Shown here piece after piece: positions 35,287-46,500 of a stretch of DNA of 64,000 nucleotides. The translations under genes were made by a program, and so were the position numbers. Source of the stretch: Lophium mytilinum. Its lineage: Eukaryota. Below the pieces are notes generated by a model. That model was not told where the DNA came from, did not search any database, and saw only the letters and a list, made by a program, of their open reading frames with translations. The DNA is taken from the NCBI GenBank assembly GCA_010093605.1, contig MU004193.1:813520-877519 (forward strand), read 5' to 3'. The first letter of the stretch is position 1, and each line of letters starts with the position of its first letter.

Positions 35287-37053
35287 TCATGCGATCGCCC
35301 GGAACTGTTTCCAATCTGCTTCTAGCGAAGCGATCACTCTATCATACACTGCCTGCCGAAACTCTTCGGCATCGAGATTGGTCACCCTTTGATCGAAGTC
35401 ACAATGGATACAGCGTCGGACTGCATCTCCATACCGTTCGCCAGCTTCTGTATAGATCCCGTCATCCTGCGCAATGCGAAGGGCTGTGAAGAACTCCGAG
35501 CTTGCAACCCCACCCTCACTACCTCCATCTTCTGAAGTTCCAAGATCTTCTATCGACATGCCATAGCACAGCTCAATGAGGAGGACACCGAGCGCGAAAA
35601 GCCATGGATTTCGGACCAGCTTGTTTCTTGCAACGTTTGTGCACCGCAAAGCATCGTCTCGCGTACCTTGAGGTGTCGAAAATTGTCGAGAAACGAACGG
35701 AGCAGGATCGACTTGGCCACCCGGCCGCTGCATGAACCAGATATCCTCCTTTCCCCAAGTCTCGTCCAGCCATGGAGTTCGATACAACTGCAACACGCTT
35801 GAGGCTACAATAAAGGCGATATTCAGTCTGTCGGAACGAGTGATACGCCGGAGCATGCTGGCCAACGAAACTACACTCCAAGGCTCTTGGTTGATACCCT
35901 TAGCTGGAAGGCTGTATATCGAACACCTCCGTTTCTTCTCAGCATCTATCAAGAACCCGAAACACCCAGTACGATTCTCCTCCTGAAGGTTACCTATTGA
36001 CTTGCACAAGTCTTGAATAGGCTTCATGGTAGGGTGGAAGATGGGCTCTTGCAATGCAATCATCTCCTTGGCTTCGGGGGTGAACCTCACACTCTTCTTG
36101 CTGCCCTTTTTTGATATAGGTTCCTGTAATACACTAGAGGCCTCTCCCTCGCTTTTGTCGCTTCGATCATGGTCTATGAGCTGGACGTCGGTTTCTTTCC
36201 AATGCCATGAAGATTTTTCATCCGGGGTCTCGCCATGGGTGTGTGAGAAGATGACTCTAAACTTGAGGGACTTCCGCAAATCATCATCATCATCAAATGA
36301 ATGATCATTTGTCCTGGCCTCAAGTCGAAGGCTAACAGTATGTGGAACTCGACAGTCATATTCCCAGCCTCGCTGTAGGATACTGTACACACCTTCGGCA
36401 CAATCTCGAACCACGCTGAACTCCGGACGGCGATACTTGCTTGCGAAGACGGCGGTTGTCTCCAGTTCAAGCGCTTGTTTAGAGAGCGTTATTAGTGACC
36501 TGACCGTTCTCTCTAGGTCTTCGAAGAGATCCCTGAGTTCGCCCCTTTTAAGAGCAAACTTGATCTTCTTCATCATCTTACTTTCCGCACCTGACAGCAC
36601 CTTATCAAGAGCTATGTCAGCATTACTAGTGCAGCGATATTCTGGGAAACACGTCGATTAGCTTACCTTTCCAGACATACTAACACCCAATATTTCCATA
36701 ATTGCTTTCATGAATCCGAACACCTCCTGGGCCATATCAACGAAGATAGCATAGTTTCCCTTGAGCCTCGTTCTTATAGCATGTCCAATATCTGGATTCT
36801 TCCACAGGTCTTCGATCCCTTCACTCTGACTTCTTATTCCAACAATTCCAGTAGAGCCGCTCGGTAGCAGCTGCAGCAACTGATTTTTGCAAACAGCTTG
36901 CTCCGTTCGAAACCGCGTAAATGCGCGTTTGGCTTGCTTATCATAATCGAAGATTCGCTTTGTCGTATACACTCCGTTCGCGTACTGTTCAACGGCTGAG
37001 ACGACCAGCGGAAGTGTTCCCAGGATCACTCCTACAATTTCTAGGCCGGACAT
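35287..37053 (-). CDS. Fungal hypothetical protein: helical N-terminal domain (MSGLEIVGVILG...) plus degenerate kinase-C-lobe-like domain; exons 37053-36667, 36600-35287
   Basis: Phase-0 GTAAGC...AAG intron. Motifs RLNIAFIVASSVLQLYRTPWL...DIWF, LFALGVLLIEL and YGDAVRRCIHCDF. Confidence 0.8.
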
Positions 37054-37464
37054 GAAGAACGATGTCGATCAATCAAAGGTTTAGGACGGCCGATTTGTAT
37101 CTTCGCCTGCGATCGATGAGTACAAAAGTGTCTGACCTCAGGGAAAGCCTGCTCGCACCTTGCTATGTAAACCTTCAATGGTTGTTCGACGTCGTGTGCG
37201 TCCGAGGTGCATCACAATCAAATTGCTCCATAACACAGCGTATTGCTACATTACACTAGCCCCGTCAGCTGAGATATCCGCGTAACGAAGGACAATGTCG
37301 TATTTCTAATTGGTCTGACAAAGTTGACGATTACTCTGTCGCAAGGAAGCCCACTTGAGGCCGATTGTTTGAAATGCAATACTACGACCCTCTTCTGTAG
37401 CTCGATCTTCTTCCCATATTCTTTCATCGACTCAACCGACGGTTTTATCTTCAGCTACTCCACG

Positions 37465-39727
37465 ATGGCTCTGCGTCCACCAGTCAACTTGCACATCTCA
37501 AATCACGTCAGTAGCTGCACTAAAGCATTCGAAAATGTATATCACGGAATTCGACTGACTACTGGAGCTCTTCTGGACACGTTGGACCCTCTCAGAGTGA
37601 GGGATGAATATGGGCGGTTTAAAGTCTGGTCCGGAAATATTGCAGCACATCATACTGGTAGGCGATCGCTTGAGTATAGGCTCCGCGATGCGTCTCATAT
37701 CAGAGAGCAAGTCGTTGTGCTCCTAGTTGACTTACAGGAGACCCTTGAAAGTAGTAAGTACTATAAAGGTTTCTCATCGTTTCAAGCCCTTATCTTTGAC
37801 GACCTGTTTCACTCAAATGATTGCCCGAACTGTTCGCGGCGAAACGATCACTCTTATCAAACGTTTCATAAATTGTCGAAGCGCTTGACTGATCATTTAC
37901 CTGGCAGTGCTTGAAATCTTCAACGGAACCCGCGTACCTCGCGAGGATCTCTCCGATATCTCAGACTCCGATGTCTCGGACAGCGATGACGAGCTTCCTC
38001 CCTTCGATAGCCAACCCCGTCGTGATGTGTCGCAAGCCAATGAGAAACCGGAATTGCAGGACCTTTTATTAGATACTGCTAATATAATTACCTGCCTCCT
38101 GCGACTGTCGATGGCAATCCGCAATCCAGCCCCGAGCGACCAGATCGTGGAATCTGACACGTTAGCAACGTCCTTCTACGAGAAGCATGACATTCAACAT
38201 GTGAGGGACAAGTTCCAGAATGCGAAAGATTATCTAGTTACGCGTCTTGGAAAGGCGAATTCCCGAAGACGACAATACTTTACGTATCGCAAGGACCATC
38301 ACGACAAGCTAGCTCAAGGTATCGAGCTATACTCAACCGAGACGGACGATATCCAGTCAGAGGAAGTCCAAACTTGTGAGGGCGACGTACAAAGTACGGT
38401 CGCCTCGACACTTCCTTCGGCTCTCAAATCAACTACTGCGCAGCTATGTCTCGATGACGATGCGTGTTCTGACGGTGGCCGATCGCAAACGACCTTCGGC
38501 ACATCTGCGACTGAAGACCCAAACACCTTTGAGCACAAGCTGAGATGTCCGCCAATACCGGAAGAGGGTCAAGACGGTCTTCCGTTTGAGTGTCCATTCT
38601 GCTTCTTGATCATTACTGTTAGGAGTAGGAGTTCATGGGAGTAAGCCTTTCAAGTGTCCTTAAAAGTTGCCCCCTCACTAAAACTATTTTAACCGGCTAT
38701 CAGGAAACACGTATACTCCGACCTCCGTCCTTACGTCTGCTCCTTCGAGGACTGCGAGACCCCAGACCGCCTGTTCGAATCCCGCCATCAGTGGTTCGAA
38801 CACGAAATACGATTCCACGGACGCGTTTGGCAGTGTATCGATGGCTGCGGCCAATCTTTTCCATCAAGCTCGGCTTTTCAGGATCATCTACGGGGCGCTC
38901 ATACCGGGCTCGTCGACGAAAATCATACGGCCGCTTTTACGAAAACATGCGAGCGGAAACAAGCAAGCAATGGCCCTGTGGAGTGTATGTTTTGCGGCAT
39001 CACCAAGTCTCGGAAACATGCTCAAAAGCACATTGGACGACATCATCAACAACTGGCGCTGTTTGTACTGCCGGATCTGAATGATGGTCAAGACGAAGAT
39101 CAAGATGAAGACAGCCTTGATCATAATGAGGAGGACCACGAAGCTGTCAGCAATGAATCTGCTGAGGACGAAGCAGAGATGTCCGTCAAAGATGGATTCA
39201 ACGCATCAACAACACTCTTAGTGGAGCTAAGCAGAGTTAGCAGTGAACTGACACTGGCACGGAGATACATCTACGCGTGTACGGCAGCATCTAATTCCAC
39301 TCTTACCAATCAGTTGGCACTAGAGCTTCGAAATCATTTAAAAGATATTGGAATACATGAGACTGCTACTCGATGCGAGCTTACCTCGGCAGCAAATGAT
39401 ATCATTTGCAAACACGAAAAGGAAGGACGGGACGAAATGAGCCAGAAACTTATAGACGAGTCAAGGAATGCATCAATAGCTCAGTTGGCTGAAATGCTCC
39501 CATCTGGTAGTCACCCACGCCTTTCAGGTGGTCGAGAGCAAGCTATAGCGCTATGTGTATCGGAGATGCACGATAGGTCTGAAATGAGCCGCCTCGAAAA
39601 GCTTGCCACGGATCAAGGCTTGACGGAGGACCAAAAGGCGCACCTAACAAAACTTCAAAAATGGAATTTAGAGGAGTTTGAGCCACGCCAACAAGAATTT
39701 GAAAAAAGAATGAACTCCCGGAAGTAA
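37465..39727 (+). CDS. Fungal hypothetical protein with helical N-domain and C2H2-type zinc fingers; exons 37465-37753, 37908-38640, 38704-39727 (3' end uncertain)
   Basis: RFKVWSGNIAAH..RRSLEYRLRDAS, RLGKANSRRRQYF, FECPFC...HVYSDLRPYVCSFEDC...WFEHE, WQCIDGC and CMFC...HIGRH. Introns restore the frame. Confidence 0.82.
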
Positions 39728-40742
39728 GTTTCTAGGGGATCGAAGGGGGGCGCCTATCAAGACCAAAAATGGGGCTCCGGGCGAAAGATCAAATGTGAAC
39801 GCGAGCTTCACTGTGGCTTCAAGCCATTCCTGACAGAGCGGTATGAGCAAAGCATGTCAAACGTTACAAAGCAAGAAGTATGTGTAGAAACTTTTTCAGC
39901 AGTTCTAAAGGATGATCAAGGAATACGGGAATACTCTAAGGTGAAACCGACTATGCCGGAAAACGCTACAAACTTGCACCGCGAGACGGAGATTACGGAG
40001 GGTCAAGCTGCTCGAGAACCAATCCTTGCGCCACGTTCACGGCGCCAAAATTCACGGCGCTGAGCAGCTTAGGGTGCTCATGAAGAGGATTCCTTGCCCG
40101 CCTTAGCTTGGGTGACGTTGGGGCTTCCCAAAGCTGCTATACCGACGCTTGATGGTAGGTCAGCGCCCACTGTTTTGCTACTTTGACTGGGGTACTGATC
40201 TAGATTCGTGATGTAGGACGAGGCTTCTGCGGGTAGACACCGCTTGGCTCAGGATCTGGGCAAACTCCTATCCCCCACAAGCTGTCCACGACTATCCTGC
40301 GACCAAGTTCCATGTATTAGTTAGCGGAGACAGGGAGCTAATCAGCATCTGGAATCCTGCTAGCCGTGTCACCCGTCCCTATCATGATTATGGAGTTTCT
40401 TTTGATTCAGACAACCTGGACAGTGGTAGCTCGGTGGTGCCTCTGGCGCGCATATCATGTCAACGCTGACGGAGAGGCCACGGTCAGACCTCCAGCGTGA
40501 CTCTCGCCGTTTCATAAACGGGCTTGGAGATCACATTCGGAATTTTGCGACGTATCCCTGCGTTCTTTTATATCGTAAACGCTAGAATGTTGCATCTATT
40601 CAGGCTTAATCGTTTTCTTCCCATCTATCATAGACCCTAGAGATGTGCAATCTGGCTCTTGTTAATTTGTTTAGAAGCTTGTTTCAACTACGCATAGAGC
40701 CCTCCGCATCCTATGTACCGCCTAGCAAATATCGGTCTCCGC

Positions 40743-40985
40743 GCGGTTCGATTTCATGGCTTTTCTTACTAAAGCACCCAAAGCCTCCTCCTCTTCCCCA
40801 CCTCTACGTCTAGCTCAGCATCCTCCAAAATGTCTCTTAACGGTTCGATCCGATAGATCTTCTTACAAGTCTACCTACAAAGTATGCACCGGGAGGCTAC
40901 TTGTACGTGCGACGCTGCGTCTCCCAAAATCATTATCTACGGTTGGAATGAATACCTTTTCTTACAGAAGCACCCAAAGCCTCCA
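40743..40985 (-). repeat. Three inverted copies of the 27.7-29.5 kb repeat unit
   Basis: The reverse complement of 40743-40786 is AGGCTTTGGGTGCTTTAGTAAGAAAAGCCATGAAATCGAACCGC. Further copies lie at 40840 and 40939 (~98-bp spacing). Confidence 0.8.
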
Positions 40986-41079
40986 CGTATTGCTTGCACC
41001 TCTACCTCTATCCTCCCGTCAACCTAAATCTGATCTCCAACCGCAAAGCCCCGTCGGCGGAGATGGGGATCACATGACT

Positions 41080-42900
41080 GTCACGCGCGGCCTACCTCCG
41101 CCCCACTTCTCGTGGGTATAAAAGATCTCCTTCCAATCTCTTTTTTCTGATTCATGGATGTGTCGAGGCGGAAGGGAGATCAACAAACTGAGCAAAACTC
41201 GCTGACAGAGGGGTGTTGGATCAGCAAAACATTCTGCCCCCACTGATGATGGAGTCTTGTGTTGGGCGGGCAAAAGATCTAAGGGCAGACGGCTTCATGG
41301 TAGATTAGCTGGTGGATTAACAGCAATCACGAACCAGTTGAATGGAGTTGTGGGTGTGGGTGGATTTATCAAAATGAAGGGAAAGAAAAGCCGGTGGGTG
41401 CGTGACGTGGCGGAATGTTAGGGGTGTTGATGATGCTCTCTGCCACGATGTTTTCATAATGTCCTTCTCACGATGTCGGATCAAGAGACCGGTGGCATTT
41501 TGTACGGAAATACGATCTACCACGAGGTTAAGAAGATAAGCAGCATCATCAACCAATTACAAAAACCCCACGCATGATGTGGTTCATCCTCCAAGTCTGC
41601 ACTCAGACCATTGTGTCCTGTAGAGTATTCTTTTGCACCCACCGCCCCGCACCATAAGCCGCTACCTGTGCTCATTTGCTGCCTCGATCCCTCCTCCATG
41701 CCAACAACAAAACCAGAGACGAGGGAAGGAGACGTTCTTATACTCCATCGAAGTCCGCGCTATGTAAGCCGCACGTGGTTTCCTTCGCCTTCCCTGCACT
41801 CCCGCTTCGCCGCTTCCCCTCTTTACTCCATCACCTCTTCCCGTGATTGCCAGGTGCTAGCGTCTCCTCATGGGTATAAAAGCTCCCTCCCGCGTTAGGT
41901 TTCTTTCTGCAGAACATCCGGAGGTGGTTTGAGGGTGGAAAAAAGAAGATCACAACGCTCCATGGAGTGGTGGATCAACATGCTGTCCATCAATCTCATG
42001 GGGCTGGGGGTTGGGTCGTGTGGTTGAGCAAAAGAATACGAACACCTACACTATGTGGGTTTTGGCGTTTTGGGACGTTGAGGGAATGGTGATGCGCTTC
42101 TCCATCTATTCCTAATAATCGCAGTAATAATCATAGCATAATCCTCACCACTAAACGACACTACAGATACCAGCAACTAGCAAAGAGACATGATAGAGAG
42201 AATCACTACTTTCTGAAGGTCGACGCACCTCCATGGAAGGTCACATTATCTCAGTTTTCAGGACACAGCCACCATCCCAGGACTGCTGTGGTTGTTTTGC
42301 ACACACCAGCCCGCACCATGATTTGCAAACGGGTTGCATTTTTGTTGCCTCCAACTCCCCCCTCCATACCGACAGAAAGAGCGCAGAGGCGAGGAGGTCT
42401 TATACCCAGTCGAAACCCGGGTCATGCGACAAACACGTGCCCATCCCCCGCATGATGTCCACGCACCGATATCTTTTCGCGGGCATAGAATACCCCTCGT
42501 CGAACACAGGGCACGTGTTCTCTCTCTACCCCTAAAACTATTGAAACATGACCTATAACCGCGTGACCTCCACGTGTCTGCCCTTAAACCCACCTCTTCT
42601 CGCGAATATAAAACCTCTTCTGCCCCGTTCATCTTCCTTTCCGTAAAGGACATCGGAGATGCGAGCTCAACAGAGGATCGGGAATTAAGCGATGGACTGG
42701 AGGGGGACTGAGATCAAAAATGATTGTTCACATTTGTGATGGACTAGACTGAGCGTTGGATTAGCTCCTGGCGACTTCCCGCTTGATGAAGTTGTGTTGC
42801 GGGCGAGTGGAGCAAACTAAGATATGAGGTGTTCCCATGGGTCTCTGGAGAGGTAGTGCACTGAGAGGGTGTTAAGTGGGAGTGATGGTGGTCGTTATAT
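41080..42900. other. Cluster of five TATA-driven, apparently non-coding repeat-array units (+41117, -41742, +41875, -42404, +42607)
   Basis: GTATAA(A/G)-type boxes followed by a CT-rich tract and ATGG..G-rich..CAAAA units. CACGTG at 41772, 42434, 42512 and 42571 lies between divergent TATAs. Confidence 0.6.
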
Positions 42901-43563
42901 TCTTCTCTAATGCTAGACATAAGTGTTCAGTAGATGTAGTTTGTATGATGTTTGGCGGAAGTTAGGGGAGTTTGGGGGGGTGATGGAGAACATCATTAGG
43001 TTAAAGAGTGGACGGACACGCCTCCATTCCTGTTCAAGTTCACTGGACTTGCACAGGCAGACACCATGACGCCCATGCCTACGTGAGTTTTCAAGACACC
43101 AACCCAGAACCATTATTCGTGCTAGATTACGATGTTCGATACCTATAACTCTCTCATCCACGCCCATGACAGAAACCGGGGCTCGTCGAGAAGACTTTCC
43201 ATAATATACCTTGTCGAAGCTTGGGACATGTGAGGGACACGTGATACTGACTTCCCCGAAACGACAACACCCATCTTTCTTGGACACTGGCCCGCACGAG
43301 ACATACGCCCATGTTTCGGCACAGTATAAGCTTACAAGTTTGATGAAAAGAGAACCAGCCATAGGCCAATCTGTTCCAACTACCTACGTAACCCCCACCC
43401 CTCTCAACCCCATCGCCGAACGCAAGAAAAACACAAAAGAACCACCAATGCAGCACCATGATGCCCCAAAAAATACCAGGCGCCATTCAGACCCCTACTA
43501 GAGATATCCATATCTTATCCATGCCCATTCCCATTTCCCCTTTCCTCCCTTCCATCCCAATCA

Positions 43564-46500
43564 TCAACCAGCACTCACAACCCCCGAATTCGCACCACCT
43601 CTCCTCTCCCCAAAATTATGCAACCGCTCCCCAATCAAATACACCTCATCCCGCACCACACCCCTCCACCTCCTTACCCACGTCACACACACCCTCGCGC
43701 CCCAAACCCCTCCTCCCGCGCCCGCAACAACCGGATAGCAAAAGCGCCACACAAGCCTCTTGACCTCTTCGCTCGCTCCCGCCCACAATGTCCGATTGAG
43801 TCCCCATGCCAGCGCACTCGGCACCGCAATCGCGATACCAAAGCCCACCAGCACCGGGACGATGAAGCAGCGCGTGGCCAACCTCGCGTTCGGATCCCCG
43901 TAGCCGTCGCGCACGACAGCGGCAAAGGCGCGGGCAGGGCGCGACTGGCGGTTCGCGAAGAGGAGGCGCGCAGCGAGGCGGGCGTAGAGGAAGCCCAAAG
44001 TCCAGTCCTGGATCAGATGGACAACGTGGGGTTCGTGGGGGCCGAGGTAGGCGTGGAGGGGGATGAGGATGTAGAGTTCGAGCAAAAGGGCGAAGAGGAT
44101 GGGTAGCAGGAGCACCAGGGACGCGTAGACATATGTGATGCGGGCGATTCTGAATGCGAAGCGTGACGCTGTGACGGTGAGGGTGCGGAGAGTGGATAAG
44201 GGAGAGCGGAGGGGTTGGTGGAGGTGGGCGAGCAGCGGGCGGATGTGCAGCGCGGCGTAGAGGAGACCGCCGAGGGTGTAGATGCCGAGGGAGAAGGCGT
44301 AGATGTCGTTCATGCGGACTGAGTTGGGGATGAAGAAGGAGAAGAGGTAGCGGCCGAAGAGGAGGGGGAGGATAGTGATGCCTACGCCCGTGGCGGCCGC
44401 GAAGAGCCAGATGGTGAGGACGAAGAGGGCGATGCGCACGCGGAACCAGGGGGGAACGTAGACCATGGTGATCATTTCGGAGGCGCGGGCATGTACGCCG
44501 CTTTCTTCGGGCTTGCCGTCGAGGCGGTGGTTGGATTGGTCGACTTCGACGAAGACGGGGTCGCCTTTGGGGATGCGGACTTGGTCGGAGGCGGGGGCTC
44601 GCACGTACTTGCCGTCGAAGAGAAAGTAGACTTCTGTGTTTCGATCTTCGACGAGAAGCTTGCGGTCGTCTCCAATTACGGGCTTGGTCACATCACCCTT
44701 GGAACCAAAGAACTGGTGTTTCCAGGTTCGGTGGACGTGGTGTCCCAGCTCATCCGCATTCTTCTCGGCGAACAGGAAATCGGACAGCCGAAGGAAGCGA
44801 GCGCAAGTGCGGAACCACCACTGGTATGTCGCATGGAGGCCATCGCTGGGTTTGGCAAGCTTGAGAACCAATGGCGTAAGGAAATTGTAGAAGAGCAGAT
44901 CCAATGGGAATTCTAGCGCCGGGGTGTGCGAGGACCAATGGATAGGAAGGACGCCAGTTGATGTGTAGTTCAGGCCCCAGACCACGCCGCCTAGGCATAT
45001 GATGACCAAAGCGCCATACACCAAGGCACTAAAGGCAATCTTGCGGAGCTGCGTAGTAACGCTCCTCTCCAATACGTCGCGAACTGGATGGAAGGTAGGG
45101 TCGTCGGGGTCGCGGATGAAGTATAGGACGCCAGTCCTCATGATCTTTCGACACATGGAGACGAATAAGGCGAAATGAAACATGTAGCAGGTGCCCACAA
45201 ACCAGTGCACGAATCCGGATGTCCAGGGCGACTTCATCGTGAACTGGTATCTTGACCACACTGTCGCGTTATCGAAAAGCGGTAGCATAGCGGCGTCCAA
45301 GAGCAAGCCACAGTACAACGGAAATGCAATCATCTCGATACTAATAATCAATATGACCTTTAGGACTCCTCCAGCCTGTTGTAGAACATCGGCTACAACG
45401 CCTTCAACCCTTCGCCCTTGTTGCGAGGAGGTGAACGGGGTGCTCTTCTTCAGATACAGGGCGCCAGCTACAGCAAAGAACATGTAACCAGCACAAACGG
45501 CAATCAGGCGGTCAGTCGCTGTCCACTGCTCTATAGCAGCATAGGTCGAGGTGACGTTCTGGCCGACATTGAAAGTGATCTTGTAGGATTTGGAGGTCCA
45601 CAAGAACAAGGCAATGTCCTGGGCTTTGTTGAGGGCAGCGGATGTAGCAACAAGTACGGTAGCAGGGACCTGACAAAGCATGTCAAGTACTGTGCCGTTT
45701 GAGTTCGCAGACGCAACCTTCTCATAGAGCAGGACAATCGCATTACCAGTGGTGTTCAAGGCCTCGGATGTCGTGTTTTGGATGGTCCGCAGGGCGATAT
45801 GCGAATTTGTGGACAACGCAAAGAAATCCGGACTGGATATTGTACCCGTCTGTACGAAAACTTTGGCGATGCGGTCCATAGCATTCTCAGCTACCGCTCG
45901 TGCAGGCTTTGCGATGAAGTCGGCCGGCGTAGTAAAACCGTTGGAGAGCAGACCGAGCACCCAGCGGATGAGCTGCACACTCCAGTAGACAACACCGGCA
46001 GCAACGCACAAAGCTGCGTCCACAATAAGATCCGCACCTAAGGCAATACCTTGAAGTGGGAACTTGACAAAAATGACGATCGGACTTCCCATAAGAAGGA
46101 GCACCAACTTGCCCCATATGTATGGGGCCCAGACAGCGAGAGCTATGGTTGCGGAAATTAGCAACGCGCTGAAAATGGCGTTCTGGAATAGTCCTGACAA
46201 AGGTCCTTGCATCCCAATCAGCTCCAGGATACCTTCCAAATCTTCGGCGTCGTCAATTGCGTCTTGGTCATTGAGGTCAATACCAGCTTGAGCGGCGGCT
46301 GCGGCTACCTCTGGGTCCTGTCTCGGTGCATTACCAGGCTCCCGGTGAGCGGCAGCTGCTTGGCCTGCAAAAGGCACGAAAGGGGCCTCATCTGCCAGGT
46401 TTTGCACTACATGTTCATCATTACCGGCGTCGTCTGCAGTTGGAGGCGCGGCCGGCGCGACATCTCCCCAAAGCCAGTCCATGATACGCTCTATCAAGTT

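Noticed and set aside
40800..40900. tRNA gene around GGTTCGATCC
   Set aside because: No acceptor stem, D-arm/A-box or T-stem pairing is visible.
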